Positions 28,351 to 38,481 of a stretch of DNA of 64,000 nucleotides are shown in pieces. Position 1 is the stretch's first letter; the number at the start of each line of letters is the position of its first letter. The stretch comes from a virus: the IMG/VR virus record IMGVR_UViG_3300032323_000739, positions 25,020 through 89,019 of that record; one strand, given 5' to 3'. A program made the translations under genes and the position numbers. The notes below the pieces were generated by a model. It was not told the DNA's origin. It saw only the letters and a list, made by a program, of their open reading frames with translations, and did not search any database.

Positions 28351-29651
28351 AATATAACTGCATTGTTTTTAAACGTAGAAAGATTTTTTAAATTATGTTC
28401 TAAAACTGGTTTAATTTTATCATATAATTCTTTGAGATCCTCGATGCTATAACTATCGATATGGTCAATGAGTTTTAAAATTTTTTCCATGCGGCGTGAG
28501 TGATTAATCTCTGTATCATAACTTTCGTCCCAGACCTCGCCAAAAGTTTTAAAACCCATTAGTTTTAAATATTCTAAAGTGCGTGGAGGAGCAACTAACA
28601 CAAAAGGTCGCATAGCTCTAATTGCGTTTATTGTTTTTTCACTGAACAATCCAGTATCCTGAGTAAACCGAGATTCTGTAACTACTGCACAAAAACATTG
28701 AGCATAAAATTCAATAGGTAATGGATGGGTCCAGTCGGGACTTTTAACACTCGGTTTACTGATTTGTTCAGATGATAAATTTACAATCTCGCCGGGTATA
28801 TCAATGCTAAACGGACCTTTTTGATTTAAATATTTGTTGCCGTTTACTAGTTCATTTTTTTTAAAATCTAACTCAAACCACAATGCTGATAAAAACTCCT
28901 CGGTAGACACGTTATAATTCCAACTAATTAAAGAAGATCGCTGACAAAGATATGCGGCAATTATATTTCTAAATGACGTGTACCTCCAATTTGCAGACCA
29001 AAATTTATACTTGATTTCATCACTGCTAAAATTGGTTCGTATAGGATCAGTATTTTCATTAAACAACGATTGGATAAAAATATCTTTACAAAAAATTTTA
29101 AATTCTTTATATTGATTTGAAAATTTTTCTCTACAATAATAATCGCATGTAAAGACAGAAACATTTGTTAATTTATTTTTAATAACAAACTCTTTAATCG
29201 ATTCAAATTCATAACAGAATAATATTTCACTGTTATCTTTTTCTGAAAAAACTTCTTTAGCAGATTTATTACCTCGATGATAATTGACCGGATCAATGTA
29301 AAATCGGTCATCGGAGTTATTAGTAAATGATAATATTTCGTACAGATATATTTCTAAACCTGTTTGATTAAGTTTTTCAATAACTTTGCTATCTAGTTCT
29401 AACGATTCTAACTGCGGTATATTGCCTATACCTGTGTATATCATGTGTGGCTTTGATATTTTTTCTATAAAGGTACCAGTATATAAATCTTGATAATAAT
29501 CAAAAAAAGTATATTTTTCTGATTGTTGATCGGATCTAAATATCTCTCCGTTTTGAAGAATTAAAATAGGGTCAGAGAACAACTTTTGATACAAAACACA
29601 AAAGTAATGATCGTTTCGAGTATCAAAAGTTTTTCCCGACAATGGTCTCAT
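28347..29651 (-). CDS. Glycosyltransferase-like protein, paralog family X (2 of 4)
   Basis: KFWSANWRY; CFCAVVTES...SEKTINAI...RPF...GFKTF...WDESYD. Confidence 0.5.
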   Translation of the reverse strand: MRPLSGKTFDTRNDHYFCVLYQKLFSDPILILQNGEIFRSDQQSEKYTFFDYYQDLYTGTFIEKISKPHMIYTGIGNIPQLESLELDSKVIEKLNQTGLEIYLYEILSFTNNSDDRFYIDPVNYHRGNKSAKEVFSEKDNSEILFCYEFESIKEFVIKNKLTNVSVFTCDYYCREKFSNQYKEFKIFCKDIFIQSLFNENTDPIRTNFSSDEIKYKFWSANWRYTSFRNIIAAYLCQRSSLISWNYNVSTEEFLSALWFELDFKKNELVNGNKYLNQKGPFSIDIPGEIVNLSSEQISKPSVKSPDWTHPLPIEFYAQCFCAVVTESRFTQDTGLFSEKTINAIRAMRPFVLVAPPRTLEYLKLMGFKTFGEVWDESYDTEINHSRRMEKILKLIDHIDSYSIEDLKELYDKIKPVLEHNLKNLSTFKNNAVIL

Positions 29652-30640
29652 TTATGATCCCTAGCAATGTCGAGGGTTACGCAATGAAATCCGCCACCTA
29701 AGGTCCTTTGTTGTCGTCCAGGTAGCATAGCACACTCTATTTTATATTTGGCCAATTCTTTTCTTAGAGGTTCTTGTACATTGGGCAGTGCTACTAGATT
29801 AGGATTAATACTAAACAAATTTACATTCATCCACTTACTAGCATTACAATAACCGGGATAATGACCTACATCGACAGCATCATCGACAAAAATGGCATCC
29901 CAACTTTGTAAAGGTTTAGGCAATTGATCTTTGCTCTTAATTCGACTCCCGTTTAACAGCATTAGTCCTTCTCTTAACAATGCTATAGTACTGTCTATGT
30001 GCATATAACTGTAAACACCTTCAACTAGCCATACTTTTTTTGACGGTCCTACTAATTCTTGTAGATACTCTGCACCTTTCTTATTAGCACTGTTACTGAC
30101 TAGATAATATAAGTTATCGTTATCTTTTAAAACATTTGCCGCATCAAAGCAAGGTTCTATTTCTGTTAGTGCTAAAATGTCTTTGTCTCCTAGACACTTT
30201 TCATTATATAACGCATCGGATTTTTCCGCCGCTGCCTGTATGTAACGTACTCCGTTTTTAGCAAATCTTTGAAAATGTGCGTCCATACTACGCCACTCTC
30301 CTTCTCTCGCTCTTAGGGGTTGTGGAGTTGCTAATATTAAATCGTCGTAGACTATGACATTATCGCGAGGACAATAGTTATAATAGTTTGGTTCAAAATT
30401 AGAATCGGGTCTAAGAACCTCAACACCTTCCCCTTTTAAAAATTTACAAAATTCTTCTAAATCTTCGTTGGCTTCGTCTATAACTTGTTGCGGATATCTA
30501 CCCTGAGGAATTTTACTTTCGTCTGTGTAGTCAGCATAGTTTACGCATCTTAGACTTTTATCTAGAGATGGTATTTTAGCATCGTCGGCAATGCCAACGA
30601 TTACAGTTTTTAAAGGATCCCATTCGTTTTTACTTAACAT
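29648..30640 (-). CDS. Amidinotransferase (StrB1/AGAT family)
   Basis: NEWDPLK.VIVG, CPRD, FDAAN, HIDST, GGGFHCVTLD (Asp-His-Cys triad). Confidence 0.9.
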   Translation of the reverse strand: MLSKNEWDPLKTVIVGIADDAKIPSLDKSLRCVNYADYTDESKIPQGRYPQQVIDEANEDLEEFCKFLKGEGVEVLRPDSNFEPNYYNYCPRDNVIVYDDLILATPQPLRAREGEWRSMDAHFQRFAKNGVRYIQAAAEKSDALYNEKCLGDKDILALTEIEPCFDAANVLKDNDNLYYLVSNSANKKGAEYLQELVGPSKKVWLVEGVYSYMHIDSTIALLREGLMLLNGSRIKSKDQLPKPLQSWDAIFVDDAVDVGHYPGYCNASKWMNVNLFSINPNLVALPNVQEPLRKELAKYKIECAMLPGRQQRTLGGGFHCVTLDIARDHK

Positions 30641-30643
30641 AAT

Positions 30644-31357
30644 TTACTCACTGTGTTTATAAAGTTCAAAATCTTTTTCGTATAATTTAAAAAATTCTTT
30701 TGAATTTTTTACATAATTATCAAATAAAGTTTTACAGAATACACTATAATTTGGTAATTTTTTTTCACTACTATTATAGTGTGGAAGTCTTACATCTATT
30801 CCTAAAAAATTTTGTATTTTTTGTTCAAGGGTATTATCCATTTTAAAAGTTTGAATATTTTTATCTTTACAAGGAATTAAAAAAAGATACTGCGGGGCAG
30901 TGTGTTCTTCAAAAATAAACTTTTTTTGTTTTACTTCTTCTGCTATCTGCTCCAGCGATAATACCATATCTCTAGGTACAGGAATTCCGAACATAGGATT
31001 TTCTTCTGTACATTCAGGACCAATGAATCTATACATATACTCGTTTAAGCCCGCTGACCAGCGAGATAGTGGATCTCTGACTACTGCAAAAATTTTATAA
31101 TCATCCTGTAATTCAAAATTTAAATCGTCTGATATTAATGTAAATCCAGCAGATTTTAAAGCGGCAGTGAGACTTCGACTTGCACACTTATCTATGTGCA
31201 TGAATATAGTCTTTATCTGATGATTTACCATACATCCAGTAAACCCTGGTGCATGAATAAGATCTCGATATTTTTGAAATGTCATGGCAGATGATGCACA
31301 ATAGTTATTGTACAAATCTATAGAATAATCAATGACTGCAGGGGATTGTGTTAACAT
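30644..31357 (-). CDS. Sulfotransferase (Sulfotransfer_2-like)
   Basis: FMHIDKCASRSL, VVRDPLSRW.A, EHTAPQ, LYEKDFELY. Confidence 0.75.
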   Translation of the reverse strand: MLTQSPAVIDYSIDLYNNYCASSAMTFQKYRDLIHAPGFTGCMVNHQIKTIFMHIDKCASRSLTAALKSAGFTLISDDLNFELQDDYKIFAVVRDPLSRWSAGLNEYMYRFIGPECTEENPMFGIPVPRDMVLSLEQIAEEVKQKKFIFEEHTAPQYLFLIPCKDKNIQTFKMDNTLEQKIQNFLGIDVRLPHYNSSEKKLPNYSVFCKTLFDNYVKNSKEFFKLYEKDFELYKHSE

Positions 31358-31585
31358 TTAATCTTTTTCGGTTACTATAATTGCTACTCGATCGGCGGCC
31401 CATACTAGCCGACCGTAGCAGGCGATGTTCCATTTAGTTTCACCGTGTTCTTGCGTACATTCTGTAAACGTTTCTCCAAAGATTCTAACATCCGACGCAA
31501 AATGCTCTTGGCCGTTTTCAAACACTCGCCACACTAATTTAGAACCGTTGTGTTTGGTATTGAATCGGACGTGATACTTGTTCAT
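31358..31585 (-). CDS. Hypothetical protein
   Basis: 75 aa, translationally coupled to its neighbours. Confidence 0.55.
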   Translation of the reverse strand: MNKYHVRFNTKHNGSKLVWRVFENGQEHFASDVRIFGETFTECTQEHGETKWNIACYGRLVWAADRVAIIVTEKD

Positions 31586-32418
31586 TTAAGTCCCATCTCT
31601 TTTCTTATCTTAGTGGCACTTATTGAATGTATAGCATCATCAAAAGTTTCTTGTTCAATTCGATAGCCTACATCTCTACCATAGGTAATGTTTACAATGT
31701 TAGGCACAACTTGTATTTCGTATTGTCCCTGATACAGAGGATCTAGATCTCTGCGTATGTAACTTTTGACTTGTTCTATAGCAAACGGGTTTGACCCTTG
31801 CCAACCTTGACAATCACGTATTTGTATCACAACTTGCCCTGTTTTGGCAATGGCACGTTCAAATAACGCACGATGTCCAGCATGCCACGGCTGCCATCGT
31901 CCTAACATTTGTACTGTTTCTTTTTGCCAGTCGAACGTAGGTCTACGACGATTGCTAAGGATATGTTCTCCGATAAATTCAGACCACTTCTCTGCATTCT
32001 GTTCTGTAATGCGGAAGTCGTAGACATCTGGTGCTACAAACATTTTATTTGTATCTTCATATCGACCAGCATCTATAGTGTCTACCCAGATAGTCCAGTC
32101 TGCTTTAAAATTATGTCGCATTTCGGGCAAAGGTGCTACAAAATCAACAATGACAAAATCTGCAGAACTTCGATCTGCTAATTCCCTCATTCTATGACTT
32201 TGACGTATACGTCCTTCTTGACTAAAGTCCCAGTCATTATACTTCTTGCGGACATCATCGGCATTAAACCATTCTACAGTAGCGTAACTCTGGTGAGCCA
32301 TTTCTCGATCACTGTGAAACATACCGCTATGGTTTTCTAACCATTTTTTTAATTCTTGAGCAAGCATGGTTTTGCCTGCGCCGGGTAACCCCATTATTAA
32401 TATACGCTTTGCTGTCAT
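31582..32418 (-). CDS. Adenylylsulfate kinase-like domain fused to an HxGH nucleotidyltransferase domain
   Basis: GLPGAGKT, NADDVR...DFS.EGR; C-terminal GRWQPWHAGH...SISATKIR. Confidence 0.75.
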   Translation of the reverse strand: MTAKRILIMGLPGAGKTMLAQELKKWLENHSGMFHSDREMAHQSYATVEWFNADDVRKKYNDWDFSQEGRIRQSHRMRELADRSSADFVIVDFVAPLPEMRHNFKADWTIWVDTIDAGRYEDTNKMFVAPDVYDFRITEQNAEKWSEFIGEHILSNRRRPTFDWQKETVQMLGRWQPWHAGHRALFERAIAKTGQVVIQIRDCQGWQGSNPFAIEQVKSYIRRDLDPLYQGQYEIQVVPNIVNITYGRDVGYRIEQETFDDAIHSISATKIRKEMGLK

Positions 32419-33008
32419 TGAAACACCTTTTGTAAACTTATGTCTGGATAATCTTTATAACTCCATTTCTGCGGAGGCATATCCTTTACTTCTTTAAACT
32501 TTTTAAGACCTAGTTCTGCAGTTTCAGGAGTCATATAATAATGATAACCTAACTGTTCTATAATTTGTTCTGGCCACGGTCTTTCTCCAAATCTTCCATC
32601 GTAACTCATTTCTTTTAATTTTTTAAAGTCAGATAAATTGTCTAACAGAATCATTCCGCCTCTGCCAAGTTTAAGATGTTTTTTAAATTGAAAACTTAAA
32701 CACATTAAAGTACCTGGAATGTAACTGCCTTGCTTCCATAGCACTGCGGCGTCAATTATATTACTGTTGCCGATGTAATAATAATCTTGCCAGTCTTCGT
32801 TTCTAAATTTCCACTCTAAACCTAATTTCATAAAAGTCATTGGTATAGAAAGATACGTTTGCCTTGGGCAACTAACCTGATTTGTTTCAGTTAATCTTAA
32901 ACTTAGTTCTACTGCATGTGTACAGCAGTCAACACTGACAGCATATTTGCTGCCAAAAAAGTCAGCAATAGTATTTTCAAATTCTGATATAGTATTCCAG
33001 TCAGCCAT
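32415..33008 (-). CDS. Compact DegT/DnrJ/EryC1/StrS-family PLP aminotransferase
   Basis: FE..IA.F.G..YAVSVDCCTHA, IIDAA, SFQFKKHL..GRGGMI; 197 aa from the ATG at 33008. Confidence 0.75.
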   Translation of the reverse strand: MADWNTISEFENTIADFFGSKYAVSVDCCTHAVELSLRLTETNQVSCPRQTYLSIPMTFMKLGLEWKFRNEDWQDYYYIGNSNIIDAAVLWKQGSYIPGTLMCLSFQFKKHLKLGRGGMILLDNLSDFKKLKEMSYDGRFGERPWPEQIIEQLGYHYYMTPETAELGLKKFKEVKDMPPQKWSYKDYPDISLQKVFQ

Positions 33009-33598
33009 TATAATCTCGGATCCCAAGTAGGAAATTCGCACTCCCATTTAGGGAATTTTTTCAGTTGTTCAAAGTATATATCTAAATTTAGGCCCCACAC
33101 TGACTGATTCCATCCCCTGTAAAATACATCTTTGGCTTTGTAAAATGTGCCTTGCTCTACATGTTTAGGAAACCAGATATTATGACTAATTCTACTAGTA
33201 CCTACACTGTTAGCATTACTAGTGCCGTAGAATTTTTTATCTGTTCCGGCCCAGGCAATAGCCGCAGGCATAAAGAATTGACTGGCTACACACTGATGTT
33301 TAAACACAAATCCTCGAACATTGTGCATAGGCTTATGACTGCGATCAGTAAAGCACACAGTCCTTGCTAGTAATCGATAACTGCCGGGACCCATAACATC
33401 ATCAAAACTATGGCAACAAACTCCTCCGATAATTTCTCCGTTGTATTCTAATAACCAGCCGGCCCACTCTCGTTCGTTTTTAAAACAATCAAACATAGTT
33501 TTTTGACTGATATTATTTTCAAAACCTCTGCGAGCACACTCGGCATAAAATTCTGTTAAATCTAAATCTTCAGTAAATGGTATTAATCGATATGTCAT
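33008..33598 (-). CDS. GNAT-like protein
   Basis: WLLEYNGEIIGGVCCHSF...YRLLART pattern. Confidence 0.4.
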   Translation of the reverse strand: MTYRLIPFTEDLDLTEFYAECARRGFENNISQKTMFDCFKNEREWAGWLLEYNGEIIGGVCCHSFDDVMGPGSYRLLARTVCFTDRSHKPMHNVRGFVFKHQCVASQFFMPAAIAWAGTDKKFYGTSNANSVGTSRISHNIWFPKHVEQGTFYKAKDVFYRGWNQSVWGLNLDIYFEQLKKFPKWECEFPTWDPRL

Positions 33599-34899
33599 GT
33601 GCTTTCCTGCCAGTGTGAATTGCGTGACAAACAACGATTTGTAATTTTATTTCTAGCATCTGATATTTCAGTTTTACTATGTAAAAAATTGCTAATCATA
33701 AAATAATTTAAAATAGTGCTAGTGTGTATAAATGCATTATCTAACTTTGAAACTATTAAATCAATTTTTGATAAAAGATCAATATTATGAAACTCTACTT
33801 CTAAATTTTTAAAATGGTCCCAGTTGTTTAATATTTTTTCATTTAATCCTTGATACTTTTGAGACTCGCACTGAGCACTATCTAAGTGCGGTTCAATACC
33901 GATATTTCTTTCTTTTGCCCAGGAGTTAGCGAACTCTTGATAATTTTTTCCGTCCCATGTTTGATATAAAGATTTTTTAAATTCTATATTATTAGGATTT
34001 AAATCATAAAAAATTATTTTCTTAGCATTACTGGTAAGTGCCATGCTTTCACCTAAAAGTCCGTTAGCCGGACTGATTACTACATCTGCTTGTATGTGCG
34101 GAGCATGACAGTCCCAGTGCCACACATTTAAATAATTAAATTCTAAAGCCTTTTTAATAATAGCAATAATCATTATTTGACTTTCATCAAGATCATCTGT
34201 AATTGTTAAAGATTTAAGTGCTGGTTCAAATAATTCTGGACGTATTTTAGGATAAAAATGGCCACGTGCCGGCAAGCGATATCTATCTTTATCAAACCCT
34301 AAGTCGTCAACTAAATCTTCTATAGAAATAAATTTTAAATTATTTTCTGGATATCTCCAGTCTTCGTCAAAGTTAACAACTGTATAGCCTTGGTTTAGTG
34401 CCTCCTCCATAACGGCTGCTCCAAAGTCCATGACTCTTTCTGTTTTTTCTTCTGCCAAATACACACTAAGTGGAGCATGTCCGCAGTTCATGTCGCCGTG
34501 CCCTCGAACAAATCTGGATCCATAATCTTCGTAAGAAGAAAAATTTAATCCTTTAGGAAATGCGCGAGTATTAATAATAAAACATTGATCGTGTAAGTGG
34601 GGAGTGGTGTCCTCGGGGTACCAAATAATATGCCCCATAACTCCGATATTATCAGTTAAACTATGTATTTTATTCCACAAGTGATCTCTGTTAATAATCA
34701 CATCGCCTGCAGTTTCCACAAACAGCCAGTCGGCCTGATCTAAATAATCATTAATTTGTTCATAACTATTCACTGTAACTACTGGATAGTTGCCTTCGCT
34801 AAGTTGATACTGTCCTGCCTCTGTAATCTGTAACATCTTAGCATCTAGCCAAGGATGATTAGTAGAGATCTGTACTGTAATAAAAATAACCCGATTCAT
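33595..34899 (-). CDS. Hypothetical protein; C-terminal half weakly SAM-binding-fold-like
   Basis: 434 aa; SPANGLLG...IIFYDLNPNNIEF. Confidence 0.45.
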   Translation of the reverse strand: MNRVIFITVQISTNHPWLDAKMLQITEAGQYQLSEGNYPVVTVNSYEQINDYLDQADWLFVETAGDVIINRDHLWNKIHSLTDNIGVMGHIIWYPEDTTPHLHDQCFIINTRAFPKGLNFSSYEDYGSRFVRGHGDMNCGHAPLSVYLAEEKTERVMDFGAAVMEEALNQGYTVVNFDEDWRYPENNLKFISIEDLVDDLGFDKDRYRLPARGHFYPKIRPELFEPALKSLTITDDLDESQIMIIAIIKKALEFNYLNVWHWDCHAPHIQADVVISPANGLLGESMALTSNAKKIIFYDLNPNNIEFKKSLYQTWDGKNYQEFANSWAKERNIGIEPHLDSAQCESQKYQGLNEKILNNWDHFKNLEVEFHNIDLLSKIDLIVSKLDNAFIHTSTILNYFMISNFLHSKTEISDARNKITNRCLSRNSHWQEST

Positions 34900-35539
34900 C
34901 TTGTTTTTCCAATGCTTGTTTCATCATGTCTTTCCATTCTGGCGTACTGTCATGATGATGTACTATTAAATGATAACGATCTTCCGTGCTACGATTTTCT
35001 ATACTATGTTCATAACTGAGATTCATAGCATAGGCATCTCCAGGTTTAAAATCAACCTTAGATCCGTCTGTCCACTGCCAAACACAATTAGGATGATTAG
35101 TGAGGGCAATATTTACAGCATCCGGTATAGAGTAAGGACTGTCCCGATGTTGACTAATAAACCCACCTGCTTTTAACAACATAAATCTTACTCTGCCTAA
35201 TTGTTGACTAGGAAAGACATTTTTTAACCAATTTACTGTTACTGGGCATTGCTCTGCAATTTCAGTCCATGTAAAATCTTTAGCAGCCTCGCGTGGACTA
35301 GCGTATCCGTAGGCATCCCAACTCATAGGACGATCTAACCCTAATCCGTATATAGGTAAACTAAACCAATCGTGGTGGTCGTATCCGTCATCTTTTCTAT
35401 ATCTAATAAATTGATCTTTTAACGACTGTGCTTCGGCAGCCATGGCTTCGTGTGGGATTTCCAAATCTAATTTTAAACATTTGGCAGAAGTGTATAGATA
35501 TTCTCTTGCACCTTCTGTATATTCTTTACTAAAATTCAT
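34859..35539 (-). CDS. Asp/Asn beta-hydroxylase-like Fe/2OG oxygenase
   Basis: GRVRFMLL..GG.I.QHRD...HSIEN...RYHLIVH. Confidence 0.8.
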   Translation of the reverse strand: MNFSKEYTEGAREYLYTSAKCLKLDLEIPHEAMAAEAQSLKDQFIRYRKDDGYDHHDWFSLPIYGLGLDRPMSWDAYGYASPREAAKDFTWTEIAEQCPVTVNWLKNVFPSQQLGRVRFMLLKAGGFISQHRDSPYSIPDAVNIALTNHPNCVWQWTDGSKVDFKPGDAYAMNLSYEHSIENRSTEDRYHLIVHHHDSTPEWKDMMKQALEKQDESGYFYYSTDLY

Positions 35540-35543
35540 AATG

Positions 35544-35584
35544 TACTTATTTTATTTTAGCACCATGGAAATAAAAAGTAAATA
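35544..35584. promoter_or_regulatory. Divergent pair of TAA(A/G)TA boxes
   Basis: Minus-strand TAAGTA 35549-35544, 4 nt before ATG 35539; plus-strand TAAATA 35579-35584, 6 nt before ATG 35591. Confidence 0.55.
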
Positions 35585-35590
35585 CCCAGT

Positions 35591-36676
35591 ATGTTTAAAT
35601 TTGACGAACTTCAAACCATTCATTTAGAAATAACCAATAACTGTCAAGCCAGTTGCCCTATGTGTGCTAGAAACTATCACGGCGGTCAGCCCAATCCATT
35701 GTTAAAAATTAATAATTGGACACTAAAAGATTTCCAAGATATTTTTACAGACGAAGTGATCGCACAAGTTAAAGGCATCTACTTTTGTGGAAACTTTGGA
35801 GATCCGTTATTAAACAACGATTTTTTAGACATGATAAAATGGATAGTACCAAAAAGTCCTAATCTTGTTATTAATGTACATACCAACGGTGGTGCTCGTA
35901 AAACTGAATGGTGGGAAGAATTAGCTCGTAGCCTACCACAGAATCACATGATAAATTTTGGCATCGATGGATTGGAGGATACACATCATTTATATCGAGT
36001 CGGAACAACCTATGAAAATGTTATACGTAATGCTAAAGCATTTATAGATGCAGGCGGTCGTGCTGAGTGGGTTTTCTTAAAATTTAAACATAACGAACAT
36101 CAGGAAGAAGAAGCGCGTCGACGTGCTAAAGATTTAGGCTTTGAAATTTTTACATTAAAAAATTCCAGTAGATTTTTAGGAGAACCTAGATATAGAGTTA
36201 TTGACAAGGAAGGTAATATTACACATTATATTGAACCTCCTAATGATAACAAGATGCATTTTATTAGCAAAGAAATGATAGATAACTATCGAGAAACTAT
36301 CATGCCTCTTGAAATTAGTTGTAAGGTACAACGTGATAGAGAAATTTATATAGATGCTTTTAAGATGGTCATGCCCTGCTGTTGGTTAGCCAGCGCACCT
36401 TATACACAATATGATTATGATAATGTTAATGCGCATATACGATCTGAAATTAAACGACAGTATCACGACTTAGTTGATGCATTAGGCGGACCACAAGCAT
36501 TAGATGCTGTTAACGTTGGTATAAAAGCAGTTATAGATTCTAAACCATGGCAGACAGTGTGGGAAGAATATTGGACAAATAAGAAAATGATCATGTGTGC
36601 TCGTATATGTGGTCAAACACCTACGATTTCAAAACCAACAGATCAATTTTTAGAAAGAAAGAAATTAAACTCTTAA
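35591..36676 (+). CDS. Radical SAM protein with C-terminal SPASM/twitch-like Cys motifs
   Basis: CQASCPMC, CGNFGDP, TNGG, IDG, PCCW, C...C. Confidence 0.9.
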   Translation: MFKFDELQTIHLEITNNCQASCPMCARNYHGGQPNPLLKINNWTLKDFQDIFTDEVIAQVKGIYFCGNFGDPLLNNDFLDMIKWIVPKSPNLVINVHTNGGARKTEWWEELARSLPQNHMINFGIDGLEDTHHLYRVGTTYENVIRNAKAFIDAGGRAEWVFLKFKHNEHQEEEARRRAKDLGFEIFTLKNSSRFLGEPRYRVIDKEGNITHYIEPPNDNKMHFISKEMIDNYRETIMPLEISCKVQRDREIYIDAFKMVMPCCWLASAPYTQYDYDNVNAHIRSEIKRQYHDLVDALGGPQALDAVNVGIKAVIDSKPWQTVWEEYWTNKKMIMCARICGQTPTISKPTDQFLERKKLNS

Positions 36677-37336
36677 AATTTCGTAGTGCATTCCTGTTTG
36701 AGAAATTAAATTTTTAAAATTTTCTAAAACAGTTTCGTCTTTGTAAGAAATCATTATTTCTCTGTCGTTGATCCAACGAAAGCCAGTAATATCGCCTTGC
36801 TTTATAGCATAATTTATAAATGTACTCATGTTCACATTTATAATGTGTTTAAAATCAAAATCTCCACCTAACATTTTTATATGAACTGGGTTTTCTTTAA
36901 TGTCTGGTAAAGGAACACGAATATTTAAATGAATTCTATCTCGACTACCAAAGTTAACTGCTACATGCCTAGGCCCGGTATCCATTAGCCAAACTTCACC
37001 GTTGACAGGAAGATGATACATTTTATTTTCATCTAAGTCGATGAGATAGCAATACGGATTAGTAGTAATCGCTAAGTGTAACCGATCATCCGGGTCGCTG
37101 TGCGCCATGTAACATTCTTCCGGACGAAGTCTCATTAATCTGGCTTCTCCTACGTTATCCAAATTGGCTAATAGATCTCCTAACGGAGTTCCAACGAACT
37201 CGGGCTTTGTGACATACGGACCGTTAAACACAGTTCCTCTGGTTTCGTTAAGGGCTAATCTTTTATCAAATTCCAAAGACAGAACTTGATCAATAATAGA
37301 TTGGATAGGAAATTTTTTGTTAGTCTGGTGTAGCAT
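36665..37336 (-). CDS. Asp/Asn beta-hydroxylase-like Fe/2OG oxygenase
   Basis: ARLMRL...YMAHSD...RLH...HVAVN...RIHL. Confidence 0.75.
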   Translation of the reverse strand: MLHQTNKKFPIQSIIDQVLSLEFDKRLALNETRGTVFNGPYVTKPEFVGTPLGDLLANLDNVGEARLMRLRPEECYMAHSDPDDRLHLAITTNPYCYLIDLDENKMYHLPVNGEVWLMDTGPRHVAVNFGSRDRIHLNIRVPLPDIKENPVHIKMLGGDFDFKHIINVNMSTFINYAIKQGDITGFRWINDREIMISYKDETVLENFKNLISQTGMHYEILRV

Positions 37337-37348
37337 TTAAATACTTAT
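37337..37348. promoter_or_regulatory. 12-bp bidirectional element with overlapping TAAATA (+) and TAAGTA (-)
   Basis: TTAAATACTTAT is the whole gap between divergent ATGs; each box lies 5 nt from its ATG. Confidence 0.55.
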
Positions 37349-38149
37349 ATGATTAGAGACACTCTAAAGGCACTTTATGAAGCAACGCCTTACACTAGCA
37401 TATTACACGATATTAACGGAGTGGCCGTTCCTTTGGCACCCGATTGGCGTAATATTGGTATTAGCGTAAGTGGTGGTGCCGACAGTGCTCTATTAGCATT
37501 TTTAATTTCTAAATTAATTAGTGAAAATAACTTTGAATCTAAAGTACACATAATTAGTAATGTGCGTATGTGGAAGTTACGCCCGTGGCAAAAATACAAT
37601 AGTTTAGATGTTTTTAGATGGCTACAACAACGCTTTCCAAGCATTGAATATATTAGACATGAAAACTTTATTCCACCAGACTTTGAGTGGGGATCTAAAG
37701 GTCCAACAATTATAGATGAATACGGTGAACTAAAAAGTGGCGACACTATCGAAATTCGAGCTCATGCAGAATATATAGCACACACAGAAAACCTTGATGC
37801 TTATTTTAATGCAGTAACTCACAATCCTCATGAGCCGTTAAATGGCGCAATGCCGACTAGAGACATTGCACCAGTACTAGAAAATTTAACTAAAATGATA
37901 ACAGTACACATGGGTCGAGTTAGTTGTCATCCTTTTCGATTTGTAGAAAAAGATTGGATATATCAACAATACAAACATTTTAATATATTAGATTTGTATT
38001 ATATAACACGCAGTTGTGAAGGTGATACTAATGTGTATCCGGAAGTGTTTAATGGATTAAACTATGAAACTTATACACCAGGGCAATATGTTCCTACTTG
38101 TGAACAATGTTTTTGGTGTCTAGAACGTAGTTGGGCGGAAAAGCAATAA
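37349..38149 (+). CDS. QueC-like PP-loop ATP pyrophosphatase
   Basis: SVSGGADS; HPF..VEK; TRSCE...CEQCFWCLER Zn-site pattern. Confidence 0.7.
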   Translation: MIRDTLKALYEATPYTSILHDINGVAVPLAPDWRNIGISVSGGADSALLAFLISKLISENNFESKVHIISNVRMWKLRPWQKYNSLDVFRWLQQRFPSIEYIRHENFIPPDFEWGSKGPTIIDEYGELKSGDTIEIRAHAEYIAHTENLDAYFNAVTHNPHEPLNGAMPTRDIAPVLENLTKMITVHMGRVSCHPFRFVEKDWIYQQYKHFNILDLYYITRSCEGDTNVYPEVFNGLNYETYTPGQYVPTCEQCFWCLERSWAEKQ

Positions 38150-38481
38150 TGGACATATACCACGTTTGGGCTGACAAAGCAGGGGACATTAGTGACCTCG
38201 ATTGGGTTAATAATATGCGTTCTTTTTTAGATCATCTTGTTAGCGAAGGCAAGATGGTAAGTTATAGAATTACTAGATGTAAGATGGGTTTCCGTAGCAT
38301 GGATATTCCTGAGTGGCATATTATGATGGAATTTAATAATATGGCACAGTTAGAAACAGCATTTCAACGTGTGGCTCCCTTAGAAGGGGAGTTAGAAGAT
38401 AAACATAAAAGTTTTAATCAATTTGTGGCAGGAAACATACAGCATGCCTATTACAGAGATTGGCCAGATGGACAAAATTAA
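38149..38481 (+). CDS. Small dimeric alpha-beta-barrel-like protein (DUF6614-like)
   Basis: YHVWAD...YRITRCKMGF...EWHIMMEF; family recognised from memory. Confidence 0.5.
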   Translation: MDIYHVWADKAGDISDLDWVNNMRSFLDHLVSEGKMVSYRITRCKMGFRSMDIPEWHIMMEFNNMAQLETAFQRVAPLEGELEDKHKSFNQFVAGNIQHAYYRDWPDGQN

